Of a stretch of DNA of 48,678 bases, positions 18,165-24,710 are shown piece after piece. Below the pieces are notes generated by a model. The model was not told the origin of the DNA, made no database searches, and saw nothing but the letters and a program-made list of their open reading frames with translations. The DNA is from a virus: the IMG/VR virus record IMGVR_UViG_3300045988_107955; one strand, written 5' to 3'. Every line of letters starts with the position of its first letter. The stretch's first letter is position 1. The translations under genes and the position numbers were made by a program.

Positions 18165-18170
18165 GTTAAT

Positions 18171-18198
18171 TATAGCAAAAGAAAAAGAGATGTCAAGT
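18171..18198 (-). promoter_or_regulatory. Consensus sigma70-type promoter
   Basis: On the minus strand: TTGACA, 16-nt spacer, TATAAT. Confidence 0.7.
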
Positions 18199-18315
18199 AA
18201 CATCCCTTATTCCCATCACAAAGTTTTAATTCTATGGAGTAAACTAATATGAATTTTCAACATTATCGCCTACACATGTAGTATAAACCATCTAAGCTAC
18301 AGAGTCAACATTTAT

Positions 18316-18594
18316 TTATGGATATTTAACTTTCTTAGCATCACTAAGCTGTTCCTTACATAACAAGTATAAATTAGTGATGTCATAACCCATACATCCA
18401 TTCTTGTTATACAAGTCCCACTTAACCTGTAGCTGTGTATAACGCTCTGATTTCTCTTCTCTTAAGTCTTCTAGCATCAGTGGTATATATCTACCCATAG
18501 CTAGTACATCATCCTTAGAAAGCTTCTTAGACACCTTAAACACCCCTTTATTTAGTATATACTCCTGGACGAATAGTAAACTTCCTTTGTACAT
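18316..18594 (-). CDS. Small hypothetical protein (92 aa from ATG 18594, or 72 aa from GTG 18534)
   Basis: The ATG start overlaps the upstream gene by 47 nt. A GTG at 18534 has a GGGG RBS about 7 nt upstream, just after the upstream stop. Confidence 0.5.
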   Translation of the reverse strand: MYKGSLLFVQEYILNKGVFKVSKKLSKDDVLAMGRYIPLMLEDLREEKSERYTQLQVKWDLYNKNGCMGYDITNLYLLCKEQLSDAKKVKYP

Positions 18595-18862
18595 CTACAG
18601 GAAGTAAACTAAGTACCTCACCCTTCATCTTTTCAATTTGATACTTACTAAGCCTATCATGTCTATCCCATCTATCCTTAACTACAGAACGGTATTTTTC
18701 ATACTCTTCATCAAGACCACAAGCCTTTAAGTAGTCAATCATAATAGCTAGAGTACCTAAATATTTACCCCAACCTAAGTGATGCCCTTTAGTTGATATT
18801 CCATTAAATTTACTCTGTTGTGGAAAGAAGTGTCTCCATTCTTTTTCAATAACATCATTCAT
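18548..18862 (-). CDS. Small hypothetical protein (104 aa)
   Basis: Shares its start/stop base with the upstream gene. No motif recognised. Confidence 0.55.
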   Translation of the reverse strand: MNDVIEKEWRHFFPQQSKFNGISTKGHHLGWGKYLGTLAIMIDYLKACGLDEEYEKYRSVVKDRWDRHDRLSKYQIEKMKGEVLSLLPVDVQRKFTIRPGVYTK

Positions 18863-19074
18863 TAGTCAGCCCCCCTTAATACATCATCTACAGCTCCTAG
18901 TAATTCCTCTAACTCTATCCACATATCTTCTAGATAGTCATTAGTTTTATAAGTCTTCAGTAACTTATTATACCTACTCTTAAACTGATGATAGTATAAA
19001 GGGTTACTCATCCTAATAGCTTCCAATTTAGCTTCAATGTTAGCTTTTAAACCTGCTATCTGTAGTTCAATCAT
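18862..19074 (-). CDS. Small hypothetical helical protein (70 aa)
   Basis: RBS AGGAGG lies 8 nt upstream of the ATG. It is the first gene of a three-gene leftward unit divergent from the early operon. Confidence 0.55.
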   Translation of the reverse strand: MIELQIAGLKANIEAKLEAIRMSNPLYYHQFKSRYNKLLKTYKTNDYLEDMWIELEELLGAVDDVLRGAD

Positions 19075-19115
19075 CTTGTATTCCTCCTAGTAATTAATAT
19101 TGATTGACAGTTACT

Positions 19116-19124
19116 ATTATACCA
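19116..19124 (-). promoter_or_regulatory. Extended -10 promoter element for the 19074-18316 gene trio
   Basis: On the minus strand: TGgTATAAT, about 40 nt upstream of the 19074 start. The -35 region overlaps the first GGGTTGCA box. Confidence 0.4.
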
Positions 19125-19130
19125 CATATT

Positions 19131-19304
19131 GGGTTGCATAAGCTAAAATTTATAGAAAAATATAGGGTTGCAATAAGTGAAGTATCTAAAAATTATAAAG
19201 GGTTGCAGTTTTAAATTAGTTGAATATAGTGGAGGGTTGCAGAATTATTTTATTTGAATGTAATACGAGGGTTGCAATTTTTAAAAGTTTGAATATAACA
19301 CGCC
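19131..19304 (+). repeat. Array of five phased GGGTTGCA boxes (starts 19131, 19165, 19200, 19234, 19269; period 34-35 bp), each resembling a promoter
   Basis: Units 3-5 read TTGCA(G/A), a 16-nt spacer ending in TTGAA, then TATAGT / TGTAAT / TATAAC. Units 1-2 share GGGTTGCA(A)TAAG but have weaker -10 elements. Confidence 0.7.
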
Positions 19305-19478
19305 CCAAACGCTCTGAGCGTGAAAGTCCAAAAATACCTAGTATATATATACAAACCCTTAATTTTAAAGCATTCTGTAGCTTACCAATAAACATCTTTC
19401 CGAAAAATCATAATTTTCCAGAAACATAGATAGATATGCTTAATCAGTGAAACACGTTGATACTAAAGGGATTGTCTA

Positions 19479-19499
19479 TTGTTTGAGTTGATAAGCTAC
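19479..19499 (+). repeat. Direct repeat copy A (TTGTTTGAGTTGATAAGCTAC)
   Basis: 20 of 21 bases are identical to 20024-20044. An upstream GTTGATAC...GGATTGT motif is also shared. Confidence 0.8.
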
Positions 19500-19610
19500 G
19501 AGCATTGATAGAGTACAGACTATACCAATTTAAGCAGTGGTATTAATGATTAATTGATAGTACAGTATATTATATAGTATGCTTTGTTATCATCATGTCA
19601 TTGTCTGTTA

Positions 19611-19618
19611 GGGTTGCA
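19611..19618 (+). promoter_or_regulatory. Isolated sixth GGGTTGCA box
   Basis: An exact 8-mer match. No convincing -10 element lies downstream. Confidence 0.4.
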
Positions 19619-20023
19619 TGTCTATGACTCTATGAGATGCGTGCATTGCACTCTTTTTACAGTCATATATCTACCCTCTTATTCTATTAATCATTGTATA
19701 TATCATACTCTAACACTACACTACTATCATTACTCTATATCATTATCCTATCTATCCTACACTTACTAGCCTATCATCATAGCACGTTCATAGACACCTC
19801 TAACAGCTTCTACAATCGTTTCTAATACGTTGGTAGTGTTATCATACCTACTTATACTTACCATTGCTTATACGTCCTTATAATAGCTTATACTGATATA
19901 TGCTTACTAGTCTCTACTATATAAGGACAATAATTAATGTGTACTAATAAGATACTATACAATGTATTAACGAGCGTAGCGAGTTGATACGTTGGATTGT
20001 ATCTTATATAATGTATCTTTGTT

Positions 20024-20044
20024 TTGTTTGTGTTGATAAGCTAC
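20024..20044 (+). repeat. Direct repeat copy B (TTGTTTGTGTTGATAAGCTAC)
   Basis: Partner of 19479-19499, located 545 bp downstream. Confidence 0.8.
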
Positions 20045-20179
20045 AGAAGGGGTCATGGCTCACCAAGAGCCATTCCCTTAGTAATCATTTATACTATAGA
20101 ATATGCTAGCCCAAAATAGAATCAGAAAAACAAAATAAAAAGGTCTTAAAATAAATTTTAAACTTTTTTCAAAAACCTA

Positions 20180-20207
20180 TTGACATTGTTACAGAATACT
20201 GTATAAT
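20180..20207 (+). promoter_or_regulatory. Consensus early promoter
   Basis: TTGACA, 16-nt spacer, TATAAT, about 75 nt upstream of the first rightward gene. Confidence 0.75.
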
Positions 20208-20281
20208 AGTTAGTGTAAGTTAGTTAATGGCTTACAGATAAAGAAAGGGAGCTACAAAGATAGCTTAAAAGGTAAATTAAA

Positions 20282-20560
20282 ATGGCAAACAAAGAACTTA
20301 AATTCAGTTACTCAAACGCAGAACTTTATATCTCTAAATATAATGTATATGGCAGTCGCTTGTTCCTCTTGGTTGACATTGTGAATAATACAATGTATTC
20401 AGGGTGGACAGCAAGCACAGTGGCTACTCCTCGATACGCTGAATATCACGTACTTGAAAACGTTACTCAGAAAGAGGTTAAACGTATTAAAGCACAAAAA
20501 GAAGCTATTGGCTTTAAAGAACTCACTGATGATGAGTTTAAAGAAGCCATCAAATATTAA
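20282..20560 (+). CDS. Early hypothetical protein (92 aa)
   Basis: First ORF after the consensus promoter. No motif recognised. Confidence 0.55.
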   Translation: MANKELKFSYSNAELYISKYNVYGSRLFLLVDIVNNTMYSGWTASTVATPRYAEYHVLENVTQKEVKRIKAQKEAIGFKELTDDEFKEAIKY

Positions 20561-20799
20561 ACCCCTTTTAGGTTAAAGCCTAACTCTTATCTTGCAAGGG
20601 ATAAGGGGGTATAGAGGATTTAAGCTATCCTCGGAGCTATCAACAATCTAGTGACTACCCTATTTGTGTTAATAGGCATAGAGCTAGTGAGACAAGCCAA
20701 AATCAAGCTACAATATTGTTAATAACTTATATGCCTTGGTAACTTGGGAACAACTGTTACACTGAACAGACAAGACAGATGAAATAAAGAGGTATTACA

Positions 20800-20946
20800 A
20801 TGCTTATTGTAGTTAAGCACAAAGAAAAAGGGGTGTTATCTATTTCAGAATACCCTAGTATAAAAGTAGCTGAAAGAGAATATAAAAAACTCTTTCCTGA
20901 TACTTTTGATGAGTTGATTATAATGGAATCTACAGAATATCTGTAG
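20800..20946 (+). CDS. Small early protein (48 aa), below the ORF-track cutoff
   Basis: AAAGAGG lies 8 nt upstream of the ATG. Hand translation: MLIVVKHKEKGVLSISEYPSIKVAEREYKKLFPDTFDELIIMESTEYL. Confidence 0.45.
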   Translation: MLIVVKHKEKGVLSISEYPSIKVAEREYKKLFPDTFDELIIMESTEYL

Positions 20947-20973
20947 TTTATGAATAAGTAAGGAGTAAATAAA

Positions 20974-21492
20974 ATGGCAGTAATTAAGATTGATTTGACA
21001 GAATTAGGTTTGTTTTCTGGGTTGTATAACTCTATCTGGGATAATGAATTAGAAACAGTACAGCAAGAGGAAATTATTTCAGTATGTGAAGATATTTTTG
21101 AAGACTGTAGTTTTTACACAAGAGTTAAGAATAAAGAAAGTCTTTTAAAAGATATAGCTGAATTATTCTGTAATGCACTTGAAAATAGTTTAGAAGGTGT
21201 ATTTAAATTTGATAGCTCTTGGTCACCTTCTTTTTACAACTATGACACTGACCATATTTATTTAAAATGGACTGTGGAAGATAAGACTGAAGATGAAATG
21301 GAAGATATGCTAGAAACTTTCCTTCTTGAAACTGATAATCTGTCAGATTATGAAATTTTCAGTGTGTTTGATTATAACGGTAATGGTGATAATGTTCTTA
21401 ACGATAATTATGACATTATCATGATTGAAGATGGTAACGAGTATATAATTAAAGATATTAATGAAGACAGTGTAGAGTTACAAAGTATTTAA
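20974..21492 (+). CDS. Highly acidic early protein (172 aa); DNA-mimic / anti-restriction candidate
   Basis: Hand count gives 42 Asp+Glu against 9 Lys+Arg. It lies in the early takeover gene position, with RBS AAGGAG. Confidence 0.4.
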   Translation: MAVIKIDLTELGLFSGLYNSIWDNELETVQQEEIISVCEDIFEDCSFYTRVKNKESLLKDIAELFCNALENSLEGVFKFDSSWSPSFYNYDTDHIYLKWTVEDKTEDEMEDMLETFLLETDNLSDYEIFSVFDYNGNGDNVLNDNYDIIMIEDGNEYIIKDINEDSVELQSI

Positions 21493-21504
21493 GGAGATAA
21501 TAAA

Positions 21505-21579
21505 ATGTTGGGTTGTGTTGTTTTAGGGGCTATGGCTCTATTGATTGTAGGTATTGATTATGGAAAACTTTATTATTAG
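21505..21579 (+). CDS. Possible 24-aa hydrophobic micropeptide
   Basis: AAGGAG lies 8 nt upstream of the ATG. Sequence: MLGCVVLGAMALLIVGIDYGKLYY. It overlaps the next gene's start. Very short, so tentative. Confidence 0.25.
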   Translation: MLGCVVLGAMALLIVGIDYGKLYY

Positions 21580-21796
21580 TCTTAAAAATGGTGAAAAGTA
21601 TCACTTGAAAACAGAATATAAAAGAATTTCACTGACAAACAAAAAGGCTCTATATAGTAATATAGAGGTGTTTAGTCCAGTACCTAGAAAAGATATTATT
21701 GAGATAAGAAAACCTATTTCACAAGAAGAAATAGATGACTGTAGTTTGATTATTACTGTTACAAAAGCTATGGTTAAAAGATTTAACAAAATTTAA
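21560..21796 (+). CDS. Early hypothetical protein (78 aa from ATG 21560)
   Basis: The track start at 21554 is a TTG, and the first ATG is at 21560. No motif recognised. Confidence 0.5.
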   Translation: MENFIISLKNGEKYHLKTEYKRISLTNKKALYSNIEVFSPVPRKDIIEIRKPISQEEIDDCSLIITVTKAMVKRFNKI

Positions 21797-21808
21797 GGAG
21801 ATAGTAGA

Positions 21809-21976
21809 ATGTTTAATATTTTTGTAAAAAAAGAAGACAAGGCTGTATTTAAAGAGCCTTATCGTCCTAGTTGGGAAGAATCAGCTAGAGCATGGGAGCA
21901 GTCTCATATTGCTCGTAAAAAGGCTTTTGAGAGCGTTAAACATGACTTAAGTAGTAATACCCTACCACGCATTTAA
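21809..21976 (+). CDS. Small early protein (55 aa), below the ORF-track cutoff
   Basis: AAGGAG lies 8 nt upstream of the ATG. Hand translation: MFNIFVKKEDKAVFKEPYRPSWEESARAWEQSHIARKKAFESVKHDLSSNTLPRI. Confidence 0.5.
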   Translation: MFNIFVKKEDKAVFKEPYRPSWEESARAWEQSHIARKKAFESVKHDLSSNTLPRI

Positions 21977-22100
21977 AATTGATTACAAGCCCTTTTAGAG
22001 GGGTTTAAGACACACTAGTAAGGCTAGCACTAGACTGTCAGGGGTCTAGGTGTCATAGGTCATATTATTGACCATTAAATTTAATAAGGAGTTAAAATAT

Positions 22101-23111
22101 ATGGCTTTTGAAACTATTAAAGCAAAACAAGTCAGGGACTATATGAATAAGTATAGTCTTACAAACAAGGTATTTGCCAAGGCACTAGGTGTAAGTCCTA
22201 GTTCTGTTAATGCTTGGAAACAAAGAGGATTGTCAAGCAAGACAAAGAATTTTAGGAAGCTACAAAGAGTCTTGAAACTAGATTTCTACCGTGACAATGT
22301 AGTTGATGTTCCTGATGAATTACCTTGTGGCAATACATGGTCAGTTAGTAGAGTGTCTAAATGGTTAGAAAGTCCTTGGGATTTTTACTGTCACTACATT
22401 AAAGGTCTATCCAAGCCTAGTCCGTGGCAAGACGCATTAGACCGAGGAACTACACTACACCATATACTGGAATGTATCGGTAATGGTGTTAGTCTACATA
22501 GTATCCTAAATTCTATTGAAATTTGGGGTAATGAAAAAGGATTATCTGAAAAGGGTATTGCTGATGGTATCCGTGTAGCTAAAAAGTACATTGAAAATTA
22601 TGGTGGTGTAGACACCATTGGTAAGGTATTAGAAACTGAGAAATTGATTAAATGGGATTTATCAGAATATATCCCAGGACAGCATTTTCAAGGCTATATA
22701 GACGCTGTAGTTGAGGACAAAGACGATGGTGTATGGTTGGTTGATTATAAGACCTACAGCAATAAACCACGCTTTGAGAACCTACGTTTAGAACTACAGT
22801 GTAATGTTTACATGTATGTTATGAAAGAAATTCTTGGCTATAACGTGCAAGGTTTTGTCTATGACTGTATCAATCCGAGAGAGAAAATTGTTGGTAAAGG
22901 TTATCACTTCCATCAGTTCAAAATCAACTACAACGAAAAAATTGTAACTAAAGTAGTTGAGGATTTTCTTTCTACGATTGAAATTATTATCAACAATCCT
23001 GATTATAATATCTTCAAAAAATCTGATTATGGCACTCCTTACATGGATGAACTTGTTCATGGTTTTGAGGAAGAAAACAAAATCAAGATTACAGGAATTG
23101 AGGAAGAATAA
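22101..23111 (+). CDS. HTH-fused PD-(D/E)XK (RecB/Cas4-family-like) nuclease
   Basis: The N-terminus resembles an XRE/Cro HTH (LTNKVFAKALGVSPSSVNAWKQRG). The nuclease core has GYIDAV...WLVDYKT...QCNVYMY (D, D/E-x-K, Q-x3-Y). I moved the start to ATG 22101, with AAGGAG upstream. Confidence 0.65.
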   Translation: MAFETIKAKQVRDYMNKYSLTNKVFAKALGVSPSSVNAWKQRGLSSKTKNFRKLQRVLKLDFYRDNVVDVPDELPCGNTWSVSRVSKWLESPWDFYCHYIKGLSKPSPWQDALDRGTTLHHILECIGNGVSLHSILNSIEIWGNEKGLSEKGIADGIRVAKKYIENYGGVDTIGKVLETEKLIKWDLSEYIPGQHFQGYIDAVVEDKDDGVWLVDYKTYSNKPRFENLRLELQCNVYMYVMKEILGYNVQGFVYDCINPREKIVGKGYHFHQFKINYNEKIVTKVVEDFLSTIEIIINNPDYNIFKKSDYGTPYMDELVHGFEEENKIKITGIEEE

Positions 23112-23112
23112 T

Positions 23113-23487
23113 ATGAATAGGCTGAAAGAGTTACGCAAAGAAAAAAAGTTATATCAGAAAATGGTAGCTAAAATTTTTGGTGTCAACGTAAGAACGTGGC
23201 GACGTTGGGAATGTGGAGAAGCTCAAATTAGAATCGACAAATTAAAGGAAATTGCTGATTATTTTGGGGTGACAGAAGCATATTTGCTTGGATATACCAA
23301 CAACCATTTGAGTGATAATAAGAAAAAATTTCATGAATTTTGGGATGGTAAAGAAGGTTCGGCAGTTGATAAACTTAATGATTTAACTCAAAATAGTAAA
23401 GGAAAAATCAATGTTGTAGGGTATCAACTCATACATGGGGATAACGGATACCCTATTACTTACATTTTAGTTGAAGAGGATGGATAA
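23113..23487 (+). CDS. XRE-family HTH protein (124 aa)
   Basis: MNRLKELRKEKKLYQKMVAKIFGVNVRTWRRWECGE is a classic XRE helix-turn-helix. The start is at the internal ATG with a GAGGAAG RBS; the track's N-terminal extension overlaps the previous gene. Confidence 0.75.
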   Translation: MNRLKELRKEKKLYQKMVAKIFGVNVRTWRRWECGEAQIRIDKLKEIADYFGVTEAYLLGYTNNHLSDNKKKFHEFWDGKEGSAVDKLNDLTQNSKGKINVVGYQLIHGDNGYPITYILVEEDG

Positions 23488-23633
23488 TGAAAGATAAAAT
23501 AATTCCTATGTTGGTTGTTATTGGCTTTTCAACATTGTTTGTTAAGGATGAAAAAAGTTTTTATTCTTGGTTTTCATGGTGTGGGTTATTTGTAGCTATC
23601 ATTTTACTATTATATTATGTGATAGGAGTTTAA
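23487..23633 (+). CDS. Small membrane protein (48 aa), below the ORF-track cutoff
   Basis: TAATG start/stop overlap with the upstream gene. Two hydrophobic segments (IIPMLVVIGFSTLF, CGLFVAIILLLYYVIGV). Confidence 0.45.
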   Translation: MKDKIIPMLVVIGFSTLFVKDEKSFYSWFSWCGLFVAIILLLYYVIGV

Positions 23634-23634
23634 T

Positions 23635-23868
23635 TTGAAAAAAGAATATTTAGGTGATGAGGAATCAGTAAAAAAATTTTGGGAGAATGTTATAGATATG
23701 TGTAACCGTAGAGGAACTACAATTACAAAATTATCTCTTAAACTAGGTAAGTCACCTAATCACATATCAAACATGAAAAGTCAAAATATAAACCCTACTT
23801 TAGTAAAAATAAAAAATATCGCTGAAGCTTTAGGGATAGGAATTACAACACTTTTTAAAGGAATTTGA
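23635..23868 (+). CDS. Cro/CI-type HTH protein (77 aa, TTG start)
   Basis: AGGAG lies 6 nt upstream of the TTG. The HTH reads GTTITKLSLKLGKSPNHISNMKSQ. It is directly upstream of the palindromic GGGTTGCA box. Confidence 0.7.
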   Translation: MKKEYLGDEESVKKFWENVIDMCNRRGTTITKLSLKLGKSPNHISNMKSQNINPTLVKIKNIAEALGIGITTLFKGI

Positions 23869-23883
23869 AAAATTTATGTTTTA

Positions 23884-23915
23884 GGGTTGCATTTTGCAAC
23901 TCTTAGTGGTACAAT
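23884..23915 (+). promoter_or_regulatory. Promoter with overlapping palindromic operator
   Basis: GGGTTGCA box with -35 TTGCAT, a 17-nt spacer and -10 TACAAT. The palindrome GTTGCA-ttt-TGCAAC spans the -35 and spacer. Confidence 0.65.
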
Positions 23916-23953
23916 AAAAGGGTATTAAGATAAAACAATAAGGAGACAATATT

Positions 23954-24367
23954 ATGGAAGAAAAAAATTTAGTTATCTTACCTGAAGAAGTAGTTGAGTA
24001 TTTAGATTTTATGAAAGAAAAAAACTACACTTTGAAAGGTGTTTTAAACGTAGTTATCGGTGAAGGCAGGATAAAAAAATTTATGGATAACTACTTGGGA
24101 CATGGAAAAAACCAAGAAAAAGTAGCTCTTGCTTGGTTAAATGGATACAAGACGAAAGAGAAAAATTTTATTGTTAAATTTAAAAATCTTGGTGATGTTT
24201 ATGGTTATCTTAACTATGAAAGAGAAGCAAAAATTTTTAAATTAAGTAGTAAAGATAATTCAGTATACTTCCAAACAATATTCACAAAGAAATTCCTTGA
24301 GGAAAATGGTTTTGGTTGGGTGTTTGACAGTGAAGGTGTACATATTATTGAGGTAGAAAATGATTGA
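23954..24367 (+). CDS. Hypothetical protein (137 aa), DUF1642-like by memory
   Basis: The segment QEKVALAWLNGYKTKEKNF resembles a motif I recall from streptococcal phage DUF1642 proteins. The assignment is weak. Confidence 0.4.
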   Translation: MEEKNLVILPEEVVEYLDFMKEKNYTLKGVLNVVIGEGRIKKFMDNYLGHGKNQEKVALAWLNGYKTKEKNFIVKFKNLGDVYGYLNYEREAKIFKLSSKDNSVYFQTIFTKKFLEENGFGWVFDSEGVHIIEVEND

Positions 24368-24524
24368 TATTATTAGTTACATTGTAGCTCATCCACTGTA
24401 TTGTCTTGGTTTAGCTTTCCTAGTTATTGTAGCTTGGAATCTATCAGGGTTTAACAGTACAGCTACAAACAACAAACGTAGTGCTTTAATTGATAAGCAT
24501 TATAGAAAAAATTTCAAAAAATAA
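24360..24524 (+). CDS. Small membrane protein (54 aa), below the ORF-track cutoff
   Basis: Overlaps the upstream stop. One hydrophobic helix (PLYCLGLAFLVIVAW) and a basic tail. Confidence 0.45.
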   Translation: MIDIISYIVAHPLYCLGLAFLVIVAWNLSGFNSTATNNKRSALIDKHYRKNFKK

Positions 24525-24548
24525 TTTAAGGGCTTTATGCCCTATTGA

Positions 24549-24671
24549 GACAGCAAAGGTTAAAGCACAACACTGTTCTAAAACTAATTTTACCTTTTTT
24601 ATTTCATAACGTTACATGCGTACATTTCATTTGTCTTTTGTGCTACAGGGGTTCAATTCCCTTGGCTGTCA
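24549..24671 (+). ncRNA. tRNA-like element: acceptor stem and canonical T-arm, but no D-arm and about 70 nt where the anticodon loop should be
   Basis: GACAGC (24549-54) pairs with GCTGTC (24665-70). T arm: AGGGG-TTCAATT-CCCTT (24647-63), with the same T loop as both bona fide tRNAs. AGCAC (24564-68) pairs with GTGCT (24640-44) and encloses 71 nt. Discriminator A. Confidence 0.5.
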
Positions 24672-24710
24672 TTACCTTTTAGGTAAAAAATTTTTAAAGG
24701 AGTAAACTAC

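Noticed and set aside
19131-19304. A CRISPR-like array, suggested by five regularly spaced repeats.
   Set aside because: The conserved unit is only 8 bp, with a 34-35 bp period. There is no repeat of CRISPR length (about 24-48 bp), no repeat palindromy, no cas genes and no leader. The units fit promoter geometry instead.
19220-19769. Track ORFs 19220-19429 (+) and 19584-19769 (+) in the control region.
   Set aside because: The first starts with TTG inside the promoter array and has no RBS. The second translates the G-depleted tract into a Tyr/His/Ser/Leu low-complexity string. Neither looks like a protein.
16842-20280. Hidden retron, DGR or group I/II intron in the large ORF-free regions.
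   Set aside because: No reverse transcriptase, homing endonuclease or maturase ORF exists anywhere in the genome. There is no template/variable repeat pair. The regions do not interrupt any recognisable gene.
24549-24671. The tRNA-like element as a tmRNA, as an intron-containing tRNA, or as an attP core for integration into a host tRNA gene.
   Set aside because: It is far too short for a tmRNA and has no G3:U70 pair or tag ORF. Bacterial and phage tRNA introns are group I (over 200 nt), and the D-arm is also missing. No integrase exists in the genome, and both halves of the acceptor stem are present, unlike a 3'-fragment attP.
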